Shown here: positions 45,576-55,369 of the stretch, one piece after another
Numbering within the stretch: position 1 is the stretch's first letter
Layout: each line of letters starts with the position of its first letter
Source of the DNA: Candidatus Saccharimonadota bacterium
GTDB taxonomy: Bacteria > Patescibacteriota > Saccharimonadia > Saccharimonadales > SZUA-47
Direction: 5' to 3'
Assembly: GCA_020428465.1 (NCBI GenBank)
Contig: JAGQMY010000006.1
Span: 1-62,957, forward strand
DNA: 62,957 nucleotides
Program-made: the position numbers and the translations under genes
Notes under the pieces: model-generated
What the model saw: only the letters and a program-made list of their open reading frames with translations
What the model was told of the DNA's origin: nothing
The model's database searches: none

Positions 45576-46061
45576 CTATTGGTTAGCTTTTTGTTTTCTT
45601 AAGCTTATTCGGTAGCTTAAAACAAATACACTTGCAATCACTACTAGGGCTGACTCCCCTGGGCCGGTATTTGGAATGTTTGAGTTCGTTGTAGATGTAT
45701 TTCTGACGTTACTTGGCACACTTGTCGATGCCGCTTGATCGCTTACTACGCTTGGGAAATCAGTCGAGCTCTCTTTATTTGAGCTATTTGAAGGTGTTGT
45801 AGCCGAGTTTGTATTTGAACTGTTGCTTGAGGCAGTGCTCGTCGTCTGTGTAGTTGTTTGTTTTGTGTCGTTTCTGTGTGCAATCTTTTGGTACACCCAA
45901 CGGCCACCAAAAAACAATCCAGATACGACTGCAACCGTAATAAGAAGGCTTATTATAGCCATGATCCATGCCATAATTGGTCGGTTCTTTTTACCCGAGT
46001 AATACTCTTCTAGCTCTGTTATAGTCTTTTCTTCTGGACTTTTCTTATTAAATATCGCCAC
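45576..46061 (-). CDS. Ser/Thr-rich surface protein with an LPXTG-type sorting signal (IPNTG)
   Basis: The C-terminus is IPNTG, then hydrophobic ALVVIASVFVLSY, then basic RKQK. N-terminal TM. GTG start with an AGGAG SD. Confidence 0.55.
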   Translation of the reverse strand: MAIFNKKSPEEKTITELEEYYSGKKNRPIMAWIMAIISLLITVAVVSGLFFGGRWVYQKIAHRNDTKQTTTQTTSTASSNSSNTNSATTPSNSSNKESSTDFPSVVSDQAASTSVPSNVRNTSTTNSNIPNTGPGESALVVIASVFVLSYRISLRKQKANQ

Positions 46062-46130
46062 GTTGGGAACTCCTATTCCCCACCCTTAATGACGATATTG
46101 TACTACATTTTTATATTTTATGCAATAATC

Positions 46131-47774
46131 TTACATATCTAAGCCGGCAGATCCAGGAGTGGCTACTTTCGGTTCAGGGACATCAACTACTAAAGCACCC
46201 ATTGTCATACTTGTTCCTGCTATCGAAACAGCGTTTTGTACTGCCTGTTTTGTTACTAATACCGGGTCAACAACACCCGCTTTTTTCATATCAACCAGCT
46301 TTGAAGGATTATTTACATTGACTCCCTGACCGTTGCCAGCTTTTCTAACAAGAGGCAACCACTCGTCGGCGTTCAAACCTGAATTTTCCATTAATGTTCT
46401 AAATGGTTGTTCTAGAGCTTTTGATAGTAATTGTGCTCCGGCATTTTCGGTTTCGCCGTTTAGTTGTTTAATTTGACCTGACAAGTTTACTAATGTTACT
46501 CCACCACCAGCAACAACACCCTCTGCCATAGCCGCCTTAACAGCCGCGACTGCATCATCGACGCGGAATTTCTTCTCTTCAATCTCGGTCTCTGAAGCAC
46601 CGCCGACTTTGATAACCGCTACTTTACCTCCTAGAGCAGCTCGACGCTTCTCTAACTCACTTTTGTCGTACTTACTTGTTGTCGATTTAATTTGTTCATT
46701 GATTTGAGAAATTCTAGTTTTGATAGCACTAGCTGAACCTGAACCTTCAACAATTGTTGTATTATCTTTATCAACAATCACTTTTCGTGCCGAACCAACA
46801 AAGCTCATATCTACTTTTTCGAAGCTATGACCTTGTTCTTCAGATATTACTGTAGCGCCCGTTAAAGTAGCGATATCTTGCAATATATCTTTTCGTCTAT
46901 CACCGAAGCTTGGTGCTTTAACGGCTACTGTACTGAACACACCTTTAAGCTTGTTTAAAACAAGCATAGTTAAAGCATCACCCTCGACTTCTTCGGCTAT
47001 TAATACCATGTCTTTCTTACCCGATTGAGCGAGTTGTTCCATTAGCCCGGAAATTTCCTGGATACTACTGATTTTCTTATCAGTAATTACGATAGCTGGC
47101 TTATTAAAGGCAGCCTCCATACGACTAGTATCGGTAACCATGTATGGGCTCACGAAACCTCGATCAAATGTGAAACCTTCAACAACTTCTGATTCGAGCT
47201 CAAGTCCCTGTCCTTCTTCTACAGTAACTACTCCGTCTTTGCCGACTTTAGCCATAACATCAGCGATTAGTTTGCCGATTTCGGCGTCGCCCGCACTTAT
47301 GGTTGCGACTTCTGCGACACGTGCACTATCGCCCGTGATCGTTTCGCTCATTTTTTCGAGTTGCTTTATCACGTCGCTAGATGCTTGTTCTAAACCTTTG
47401 CGTAACAACATGGGATTATGTCCAGCAGCGATGAGCTTATTTGCCTCGTTCAATATGTGATAAGTCAGCACAGTTACGGTAGTAGTACCATCGCCAGCGA
47501 CATCGTTCATCTTGCTAGCAGCTTCTTTTATTAACTCGGCACCGACTTTATAGCCTAGAGTTTCATCATCTCCACCAGCCGGTGGATCAGCGATTTCTAC
47601 TCCTTTAGCTACCGTTACTCCGTCATGAGTTACCGTTGGAGGGCCGTAGCTTTTACTAATTACGACATTTCGACCTTTCGGACCCATGGTCGTTTTAACG
47701 GCATCATATAGAATTTTTGCACCGCCCAATACTCTTCTTCGGGCGTCTTCATCATAAAAAACTTTCTTTGACAT
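46131..47774 (-). CDS. groEL: chaperonin GroEL
   Basis: Unambiguous GroEL sequence (AVKAPSFGDRRK, GGGVTLV). Confidence 0.97.
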   Translation of the reverse strand: MSKKVFYDEDARRRVLGGAKILYDAVKTTMGPKGRNVVISKSYGPPTVTHDGVTVAKGVEIADPPAGGDDETLGYKVGAELIKEAASKMNDVAGDGTTTVTVLTYHILNEANKLIAAGHNPMLLRKGLEQASSDVIKQLEKMSETITGDSARVAEVATISAGDAEIGKLIADVMAKVGKDGVVTVEEGQGLELESEVVEGFTFDRGFVSPYMVTDTSRMEAAFNKPAIVITDKKISSIQEISGLMEQLAQSGKKDMVLIAEEVEGDALTMLVLNKLKGVFSTVAVKAPSFGDRRKDILQDIATLTGATVISEEQGHSFEKVDMSFVGSARKVIVDKDNTTIVEGSGSASAIKTRISQINEQIKSTTSKYDKSELEKRRAALGGKVAVIKVGGASETEIEEKKFRVDDAVAAVKAAMAEGVVAGGGVTLVNLSGQIKQLNGETENAGAQLLSKALEQPFRTLMENSGLNADEWLPLVRKAGNGQGVNVNNPSKLVDMKKAGVVDPVLVTKQAVQNAVSIAGTSMTMGALVVDVPEPKVATPGSAGLDM

Positions 47775-47785
47775 TTCGCTACCTC

Positions 47786-48052
47786 CTACATTTTTGCATA
47801 AATATTTTCGTTTCTAACTAACATATGCTCGATACCATCGATTTTAATCTCCGTATTTGAATAACCACCAAACACAACGCGGTCACCTGGCTTAACATCT
47901 TTAACAGCCGGGCCTACAGCCAGAACCTTGGCTATTTTAGGCTTTTCAGATCCACTGTCAGGCAACAATAGCCCGCTCGCGGTTTTGTTTTTTGCTTCTT
48001 CTTGCTGTAACACAACATAGTCAGCAAGTGGCGTGATTGGAACTTTTCCCAT
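47786..48052 (-). CDS. groES: co-chaperonin GroES
   Basis: PLADYVVLQQ..ASGLLLP..KVLAVGP. ATG at 48052 with a GGGAG SD. The ORF-track start at 48103 adds 17 residues. Confidence 0.9.
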   Translation of the reverse strand: MGKVPITPLADYVVLQQEEAKNKTASGLLLPDSGSEKPKIAKVLAVGPAVKDVKPGDRVVFGGYSNTEIKIDGIEHMLVRNENIYAKM

Positions 48053-48128
48053 TTTTATAACTCCCTCTAGTAAATTAGACTCTATAAGATAGAGAACGAG
48101 CATTCTCGCAGTAAGTGATGCTCGTTAT

Positions 48129-48155
48129 CTAGCACTCATAATATACGAGTGCTAA
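48129..48155. promoter_or_regulatory. CIRCE operator (HrcA binding site) overlapping the groES promoter
   Basis: CTAGCACTC, 9-nt spacer, GAGTGCTAA versus the consensus TTAGCACTC-N9-GAGTGCTAA. On the minus strand, TTGACT (48167-48162), 16-nt spacer, TATATT (48145-48140). Confidence 0.85.
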
Positions 48156-48207
48156 TTAACTAGTCAAGCCCTGTTTCAGTATTAATATTTATTATTGTCT
48201 GAAATTG

Positions 48208-48783
48208 CTATCCTATAACTGGCCGATTAAACTCACCATTAACTTTCATTCCATCTTCCATTCCCATCAAGCAAATTTTCACAAAAGACGTCGCCTCAAC
48301 GGCTGTAACACCGTCTTGGGGGAAAAATCTTCTTCCTCTAATTCCGCCAATAATAATTCGTTCATCAAAGAAATATGCACCTACAGCATCTAAGCCTGTA
48401 ATTTCACCCCGCTCATCACCAAAAAAGCTTTTAGTTTCCGCTGCCTTACCTCTCCGATTATGATGGTAGGTTGGTAATCCTAGATTTGGAATTACAGTTT
48501 TATCTTCGGGCCTTGCAATTATTTGTACGGCATTACCTACTCCTTTAGCAGGGCCTACAACCTGTTCAACTCCTATAACTAGACTTTTCCAATCTCGCTT
48601 TTTGTTAAAATTACAAAAAAAGCCATACCTGTTAACTCCATCAATAGTGAAAACGGGTGCTCTACAAATAGCACTATGCCCAACAAGCCGCTTTGCTCGT
48701 TCGTGAGAGTTGGATAAACTACTCGGGTCAACGGAAATCATACATCTTTCAAATGCTCCATTATCAACAGAATTAATAAACAT
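48208..48783 (-). CDS. hypothetical protein
   Basis: 191-aa ORF. No recognisable family. Confidence 0.45.
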   Translation of the reverse strand: MFINSVDNGAFERCMISVDPSSLSNSHERAKRLVGHSAICRAPVFTIDGVNRYGFFCNFNKKRDWKSLVIGVEQVVGPAKGVGNAVQIIARPEDKTVIPNLGLPTYHHNRRGKAAETKSFFGDERGEITGLDAVGAYFFDERIIIGGIRGRRFFPQDGVTAVEATSFVKICLMGMEDGMKVNGEFNRPVIG

Positions 48784-48869
48784 AGATTTTTATTTATAAG
48801 CTCTTAATTAAAAATTACTCTATCCTATTTTTAGCAAACTTGCAAGATATATGATAAAATATCCCTGTT

Positions 48870-49730
48870 ATGACTAAAATAAACACACGAGTTTTAATGT
48901 CCGGTGCGGAATTTTTCGGTGATTACGATGCTATCAACGCCTATATGGACGACCATGTTCCAGTAGATGTTAATAAAGCGGTAGAAGAACATACGGCTAT
49001 TCGTGAAGCATTCTCCGAAGCAGGAATCGAAGTAGTAAAAATCGAAGCTCCTGAAAGATGCCAAGATGGTGTGTATACGGCTAACTGGGCACTGATTTCA
49101 GGCAATAAAGCTATTATGTCGAACTTACCGAATAAGCGACTAGGTGAGTCGCCCTATGCCGAAAAAGTACTTAATGATTTAGGTTATGAAATTGTGAAAA
49201 TACCAGAAAAATTACGTTTTAGCGGTCAAGGGGACGCACTTCCTTGTGGTCGATACTTATTTGTTGGTTCTGAATACCGTACATCTAAAGAGGTTTGGCC
49301 GCTTCTGGCAAGAGAAACGGGATTGGAAGTTGTAGGTGTACAGGCTGTGCCTGCTCTAGATGAGCACGAAAATCCAGTGATTAACCCTGTGACCGGCTGG
49401 CATGATAGCTTTTTTTACGATTTAGATTTAGCTATTGCTGTTATTAAACCCGACCTAATAGCCTGGTGTCCAGAAGCACTAACACTAGAGAGCCAAGAAC
49501 GGATCAGAGCTTTGAGAGATTTAGATAAAATTGAAGTTTCGCTGGATGAGGCGATGCATGCTAGCGCTTGCAACTTGGTTTCTACCGGAGAAGTCGTGGT
49601 TATGGGCAACCGTGCACCAAATTTGCAAAAAGCCCTCGAAGACAAGGGATTGGTTGTACGAACAGTTGATGTAACCGAGCTTATGAAAGGTGGCGGATTC
49701 ATCCGCTGTACATCACTAAGTTTGATTTAG
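48870..49730 (+). CDS. amidinotransferase-superfamily (guanidino-group modifying) enzyme, DDAH/arginine-deiminase-like
   Basis: The C-terminal GGGFIRCTS catalytic-Cys motif and the overall 286-aa layout fit the superfamily. Confidence 0.7.
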   Translation: MTKINTRVLMSGAEFFGDYDAINAYMDDHVPVDVNKAVEEHTAIREAFSEAGIEVVKIEAPERCQDGVYTANWALISGNKAIMSNLPNKRLGESPYAEKVLNDLGYEIVKIPEKLRFSGQGDALPCGRYLFVGSEYRTSKEVWPLLARETGLEVVGVQAVPALDEHENPVINPVTGWHDSFFYDLDLAIAVIKPDLIAWCPEALTLESQERIRALRDLDKIEVSLDEAMHASACNLVSTGEVVVMGNRAPNLQKALEDKGLVVRTVDVTELMKGGGFIRCTSLSLI

Positions 49731-49949
49731 AGTTTATTATTTTCATAAAAAATGTTACAAAATAATCATGGAATCAAACTTTAGTACAACTAATTTAGAC
49801 CAACGTCATGCAAGCTATATGGAGAGAATAGATGGTCTAACTAAAGTAGTTTTTGGCGGTTTAAAAGTTCATGAAGTTGATGAAATTTTACAAACCACAA
49901 CAGATGTAGAAATACAGAAAATATTAGATTAATTCTATAAAGCTTATAC

Positions 49950-49978
49950 TTGCATTTTTAGCAATAATATGCTAATAT
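49950..49978 (+). promoter_or_regulatory. sigma-70-type promoter placed for a leaderless mRNA of the 49985 gene
   Basis: TTGCAT, 17-nt spacer, TAATAT, then 6 nt to the ATG. Confidence 0.45.
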
Positions 49979-49984
49979 TATGCT

Positions 49985-50737
49985 ATGTCAAGTGCACCCA
50001 CTACCCCTAATCAAGAATTTCCAAATTTTGACCAAGCAAATAGTTATGTTGAGACTGTAAGAGAACTATACCGCAATGGCGCCGGAGAATATAGGGGCAG
50101 AAGAAATGAAGATCAACAACTTATTGCCGAAGTTACAAGTGACGAGGCGCGTTTGTTGGTTGATGGTGTGATGCTAGGACTATTAGCTTTAAGTGGAACA
50201 GATGATAAAAAAACAACAGCCAATCTAGATAGTGACGAACAGATAATAGGAAGCCACTCATGGAAAAGTTTCCGTGGAGAGTTTGAAAGACTATTAGTTG
50301 GTTTCGGCGTTCTAACTAATCGATTACATAGGGATGGATTCGGTGTCCCAAGTTATGCTGACCTGGGTGAAGCAGATAGAATAAAAGCAGCCTCGGTTAT
50401 GTTGACCGACTTTTTAGCACACAATGCATTGCGATTCGGAGTAGATACATCTGGAGTACATAAAACTGACTTTAAAACCATACATACAGATGACGGTGGT
50501 ATTAAGCACGAAAGAATTACGTATGATAAAGATAAAGCTAAAACTCGCCACGAACTTGATAAAAATATAAGAAAAAGAGGATTTTCTTCATCACCCGCAA
50601 CGCATCAAGCTGGTAAAATATCTCCTAAAGAATATGTAAAATTAAGAAGAGAGCATCCAGAAATGGACGCGGATGATTTTAACCAAGCTGTAAGTTTTTA
50701 TACAGATGTACGTAAAGAACTTGAAAATAGGGAGTAA
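49985..50737 (+). CDS. hypothetical protein
   Basis: 250-aa ORF. No recognisable family. Confidence 0.5.
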   Translation: MSSAPTTPNQEFPNFDQANSYVETVRELYRNGAGEYRGRRNEDQQLIAEVTSDEARLLVDGVMLGLLALSGTDDKKTTANLDSDEQIIGSHSWKSFRGEFERLLVGFGVLTNRLHRDGFGVPSYADLGEADRIKAASVMLTDFLAHNALRFGVDTSGVHKTDFKTIHTDDGGIKHERITYDKDKAKTRHELDKNIRKRGFSSSPATHQAGKISPKEYVKLRREHPEMDADDFNQAVSFYTDVRKELENRE

Positions 50738-50741
50738 ATTG

Positions 50742-52127
50742 TTACCTTTTGGATTTTAAAGCAAGCGTAGCTACAGTTACTTCATCATAGTCACGTTTCA
50801 ATACCCGGCGCTCATCGCCATCATCCTGTGGCAAATGTCTTAACTCAGTAGCTTGAGGGCCGTTATAGAGTATTGATTTCTCGTGACCTTTACCTAATAG
50901 AATTACTAGGTCGTCTTTTTTTGCCATATTAATAGCTGTCTTAACTGCCTCTTCCCTATCGTGGACTAAAAACAAATCTTTTTCACGGATTTTCCCAGAT
51001 TTCTCAGCGCCACCAGCAATCTGATTCATGATCTCCATGCCATCTATATCACGGTCGTCTTCCTCTGTAACAACAACTATATCGCACCACTTTCCGGCAA
51101 TAGCCCCCTGCTTTGCCCGCTTTTCTTCATCACGTCTTCCAGCCGAACCAAATACGCAAATTAATCGGTTCTTAGCTAGAGGCTTAACTTCAGCGAATAT
51201 CTTGTCAAAACTTTCTGGGGTATGCGCATAATCGACGATTACTGTAAAATCCTGCCCCTCATCCACGCGTGTCATTCGTCCTTCAACCGATTTTAAGCTC
51301 CCAATACCGTCAATAATATGCTCTTTATTCAGGCCTTCGACTACGCCGACAGTTAAAGCTGCCAAGCTGTTATAGACATTAAAGCTTCCTGGCAGATGAC
51401 ACTCTACATGATATTCGGTATTTGTAACATCGTCGTTATCAGCCCCAAAACTAGGTACTTTAGCTACATATCGGCTACCAGCAGGTGTTAGTTTAATACT
51501 AGTTGCTCTTATTCCTCCAGATTTTATCCCATACAGTACGGGAGATTCTATATCACTTGCGAACAATTCCGCTGAAGGATCATCGGCATTTATAATTCCC
51601 GTGCGCAGACCTTTTTTATATTTATTTGCGAGTTTAAATAGCATTCTTTTTGCGTCACGGTAATTTTCGAAAGTACCATGATAGTCTAGATGTTCGTGTC
51701 CGACGTTAGTCATAACTGCTACGCTAATCGGAACGCCCCAGATTCGATGTTGGTGAAGCGCGTGCGATGTAACTTCCAGCACTAGATATTCGACGTCTTC
51801 CCTTTTCATTCTTTTGAGTGAATCAGTAAGTTGTTTTGCACCGAAAGTAGTTAGTCTGGTTGGATTCGGTCTTGCTCCTTCTCCGTCCCCGAAATCTACC
51901 GAAATTGTAGTCATCATTGCGACTTTCTTACCCGCATTCCTCAACATCTGGGTGATAAGTGTACTAGTGCTTGTTTTACCATCTGTTCCAGTAACGCCAA
52001 TTACCTCTATATCACGAGCTGGGAAGCCAGCAATTAATTGATAGAATACTGAATTTAACAGATGCCAATACGGCATTAACCTCTTAAAAAGTCCAGATGG
52101 GATCAAACGTTTTAGTAATTTTCTCAT
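50742..52127 (-). CDS. murE: UDP-N-acetylmuramoyl-L-alanyl-D-glutamate--(2,6-diaminopimelate or L-lysine) ligase
   Basis: GVTGTDGKTSTS P-loop, DYAHTPES, FGSAGRRDEEKR. Confidence 0.85.
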   Translation of the reverse strand: MRKLLKRLIPSGLFKRLMPYWHLLNSVFYQLIAGFPARDIEVIGVTGTDGKTSTSTLITQMLRNAGKKVAMMTTISVDFGDGEGARPNPTRLTTFGAKQLTDSLKRMKREDVEYLVLEVTSHALHQHRIWGVPISVAVMTNVGHEHLDYHGTFENYRDAKRMLFKLANKYKKGLRTGIINADDPSAELFASDIESPVLYGIKSGGIRATSIKLTPAGSRYVAKVPSFGADNDDVTNTEYHVECHLPGSFNVYNSLAALTVGVVEGLNKEHIIDGIGSLKSVEGRMTRVDEGQDFTVIVDYAHTPESFDKIFAEVKPLAKNRLICVFGSAGRRDEEKRAKQGAIAGKWCDIVVVTEEDDRDIDGMEIMNQIAGGAEKSGKIREKDLFLVHDREEAVKTAINMAKKDDLVILLGKGHEKSILYNGPQATELRHLPQDDGDERRVLKRDYDEVTVATLALKSKR

Positions 52128-52163
52128 AGCAATATTGTACCCGATATCTGTAAACTAATATCT

Positions 52164-53219
52164 ATGATTGTTCTGGGTATTGAGACCAGCTGCGACGAGA
52201 CAGCGGCTGCAGTCGTTCAAGACGGTAATATTTTGCTGTCTAATGTAGTTGCGAGTTCTATGGACTTGCATAAAGCTTACGGTGGTGTTGTGCCAGAGAT
52301 TGCAGCGCGCTCCCATATAGAATCGATCTTGCCCGTTATCGATGAAGCTGTTTCGGTTGTTGGGTGGGATCAAATCGATGCTATTGCTGTAACCTACGGC
52401 GCTGGACTTGGTGGCAGTTTGCTTGTCGGAGTTATGACGGCCCGTACACTAGCAATAGTTAAAAACAAGCCACTTTATGCCGTTAACCATGTTCATGGTC
52501 ACGTCGCTGCTAATTTCATCACAGAAACTGATTTAGAAAATTATTCACTCCCAAACAAACAGCCAGAATTCCCGCTAATAGCCCTTATAGTAAGTGGTGG
52601 ACACACGCAACTAGTACATTTCAGGAGTATGTTTGATTACGCCCTTCTAGGGAAAACACGCGATGACGCAATTGGTGAAGCATTTGATAAAGTAGCCAAA
52701 ATTATAGGCCTCCCCTACCCTGGCGGGCCAAGTATATCTAGTACTGCTAAAAATGGTGATGCACAAAAGTACAATTTCCCAAAAGCAAAATTAGATCATC
52801 CTTATGAATTCAGTTTCAGCGGCTTAAAAACAGCCGTTTTAAGACTAGCTCAGAGCGAAATTGGGGAAGATTTCACATTTCCATCTAAAGCCTTGCCAGA
52901 GAGACTATCAGAAGCCCAGAAAGCAGATATTTCGGCTAGTTTTCAGCGTATTGCTATAGAAACTGTCGTAGATAAGGCTGTGAAAGCATGTATGGAATTT
53001 AGTCCAAAATCATTTGTGATTGCCGGAGGTGTCGCAGCAAATCAAGAACTACGCAAACAATTAACAGAAAAACTACCGATAGTGCCCACATATACTGATA
53101 TAAAACTTTGTACCGACAACAGTGCCATGATAGCCGAACTTGGCTGTCTAATGGCGATGTCCGATCAACCGACTGCCGACCCCTACTCTCTCGATATACA
53201 GCCGAATTTAAGTATGTAG
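52164..53219 (+). CDS. tsaD: tRNA N6-adenosine threonylcarbamoyltransferase
   Basis: ILGIETSCDETAAAV, HVHGHV and SGGHTQL motifs. Confidence 0.95.
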   Translation: MIVLGIETSCDETAAAVVQDGNILLSNVVASSMDLHKAYGGVVPEIAARSHIESILPVIDEAVSVVGWDQIDAIAVTYGAGLGGSLLVGVMTARTLAIVKNKPLYAVNHVHGHVAANFITETDLENYSLPNKQPEFPLIALIVSGGHTQLVHFRSMFDYALLGKTRDDAIGEAFDKVAKIIGLPYPGGPSISSTAKNGDAQKYNFPKAKLDHPYEFSFSGLKTAVLRLAQSEIGEDFTFPSKALPERLSEAQKADISASFQRIAIETVVDKAVKACMEFSPKSFVIAGGVAANQELRKQLTEKLPIVPTYTDIKLCTDNSAMIAELGCLMAMSDQPTADPYSLDIQPNLSM

Positions 53220-53277
53220 TTTCTGGTTTACCAACACTAGTGGAGTTTGTTATTTAAGATTTTTAATATTTTTAAAA

Positions 53278-54189
53278 TTAATTAAATTCATAGACAGCAT
53301 TAAACGTACTAGTAGTATGGAAAGATCCGTCTTCTGCCTTGGTTTTGGTTGGTATTGGTACGTTAACCTCTTTGGCCCCGTCAATAATTTTCACAGTGAA
53401 TGGTTGCATCGCCACTACATTGCCACCGCTATCGATTATTCGTATTGGGTTTGCTGGATCGTACAACACACGTTCTCCTTGAGGATTATTAAAAGTTATG
53501 AATACGTGGGCTTCAGTGGTCGGCTGTCTATCTGCATTTTCTTTATATAAACTTCCAACTTCTAATCTCGAGTCGACACCAAGAATCTTAAGTGCGTTAT
53601 GAACAACCCCCGATCTCTCCATGCAAACTGCAACTTTTTTCAAATTTGCGATATGTGTTCCATCGATTTCTGGTGGATCATCGTTTAAAAAATCACCCGT
53701 CATCGAAACTAGCGCATTAAGATCGCCATAATATGACCCAAAATAGGATGCTTGCCCGTGATAGGTCCCATTAATTGTTGCCTGGTAAAAGGCTCTGATT
53801 GGTGGTAAACCCTTGTGAATGAACTTATCGTATGAACTTCTAGTAAATCGAATTAATGTTGCATATGCTGTGGGATCATCCAGGTAAAACTCCTTGTCGA
53901 AATCATTTCTAATCATTTTTGTATCAGATGATATAAAACTCCCAGTGGCTTCGCTATCATTTTTTATTGTATCGGGAGAATGTTCTTCCTTTGTTAATAC
54001 TGAGGCTCTTTTTTCAATAAATCCTGGTAGTGCCTCTTCAAAATCTGAATCGCCCAGACTAAATAGCTCAATGGCTTCGTCTATTGGGTTCTTTTCTTTC
54101 ATCTCAATTTCAGGGTTATTAGTAATATCAACTCCTACTGTAGATAGTCCTTGCACGTCAGTAATTGGAGGTTGTACTATGTCGTTCAT
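53278..54189 (-). CDS. hypothetical protein, possible transglutaminase-like Cys-His-Asp fold
   Basis: The spacing VCMERSGVVHNALKILGV..EAHVFITF..VLYDPAN is compatible with a transglutaminase-core triad. Weak. Confidence 0.35.
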   Translation of the reverse strand: MNDIVQPPITDVQGLSTVGVDITNNPEIEMKEKNPIDEAIELFSLGDSDFEEALPGFIEKRASVLTKEEHSPDTIKNDSEATGSFISSDTKMIRNDFDKEFYLDDPTAYATLIRFTRSSYDKFIHKGLPPIRAFYQATINGTYHGQASYFGSYYGDLNALVSMTGDFLNDDPPEIDGTHIANLKKVAVCMERSGVVHNALKILGVDSRLEVGSLYKENADRQPTTEAHVFITFNNPQGERVLYDPANPIRIIDSGGNVVAMQPFTVKIIDGAKEVNVPIPTKTKAEDGSFHTTSTFNAVYEFN

Positions 54190-54243
54190 CTTGTTTGTTT
54201 CGATTAATCGTAGATTTATTTTAACATATTAATACCATATTTG

Positions 54244-54999
54244 TCAATACTCAACTGGCAGTGTAACCCTGCCAAGCGCTACCGATCGGGAAAGGCTTGT
54301 AGTCGTACGCCATTCCCCACTTTGTTCGTCGCTAACAACTACATTTGTCGTGTGAGTTGCAAAAATCCTTGAACACGGGTCTCCAATACCGTTAAAAAAC
54401 ACAGCGACATCGCCAAAATTTACCCGAGCCTCTGTCTCCCGTAGTGTAATAAATTCGAAGGGCTTAATTTGATCGGACAAAAATTCTTTGTCTATCCCAG
54501 ATTCTTGCCCAGTTGAAGGGTCTGCTGGTCTTTGTACTAGAATATATTGATCATAATCATGAACATCTAAGTCATCAAAGGTCCTTAAGAGGTCTCTAAT
54601 GGTCTTAGGGTGAGGTATACCGACTAATTTTAGTTTAAAATCGACTGCCCTATTAATTCCATCTTTTACTCTGTCATACTTTTTATCTGCACAAGAAGAG
54701 TTTAATTGTAAATAAGTTTTAGCTTTACCATCAACATGCTCTGAGACTCCAGTAGATAATTTCTTGTTACCAATTTCAGGTTTATAAATTCCTCCTAGCA
54801 TTTGAGCTATAGTTTCTCCGACAATCCTCACCCTATATTCACACTCCCCCGGCTGAGCTTTTGGTTTTAAGCCATCAAAACCCTCAAACTCAATAATCAC
54901 TAAGGGTGCAGTCGCTAGAGCTTCAGGGGTTATTCGAGTTAGTTCAGCACGCGGGACACGTAAAGCTCCCCAAGGCATATCTGGGCTTAAATTAATCAT
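54244..54999 (-). CDS. hypothetical protein
   Basis: 251-aa ORF. No recognisable family. Confidence 0.5.
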   Translation of the reverse strand: MINLSPDMPWGALRVPRAELTRITPEALATAPLVIIEFEGFDGLKPKAQPGECEYRVRIVGETIAQMLGGIYKPEIGNKKLSTGVSEHVDGKAKTYLQLNSSCADKKYDRVKDGINRAVDFKLKLVGIPHPKTIRDLLRTFDDLDVHDYDQYILVQRPADPSTGQESGIDKEFLSDQIKPFEFITLRETEARVNFGDVAVFFNGIGDPCSRIFATHTTNVVVSDEQSGEWRTTTSLSRSVALGRVTLPVEY

Positions 55000-55369
55000 A
55001 ATTTTACTTATATTATAATATTATTAATTATTTTACAATTTTACGATGCGTTTCTCTCTGTTATAATGGTTATGTAAAACAAAAATGTGAGTAATGCTCT
55101 GCCAGCTAACAGAGTTGTACATTCTAAACAAAAAGCGAACACTTTTCACGAAGAGAGTTCGTATACAATTTGGGCACATGTATGAGGGGTTTTGAGAAAT
55201 AAACTTTTGATGTAGTTTGCCAAAATTTCACGTGAAAACATAACCAGAATCAACAATAAGTTATTTATCCTTTTTAACAGAGGTTAGACTTTATTTGGTA
55301 AAGCGTGCAGTTAGAATACTACAATTACCCCTGTTAAATCCGCCCGTAATGGTGTAGACTGTTAGTAAT

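Noticed and set aside
49768-49932. 54-codon ORF between the amidinotransferase gene and 49985
   Set aside because: No SD and no recognisable family. It fills an otherwise empty 250-bp gap, so it might be real, but it cannot be supported from the sequence alone.
55020-55369. T-box riboswitch in the ~300-nt region upstream of valS
   Set aside because: A TTTACG-16-TATAAT promoter and several hairpins are present. However, I could not find the conserved T-box sequence (..GGUGGUACCGCG..), an obvious specifier loop with GUN, or a terminator with a U-tract. It remains an unexplained long leader only.
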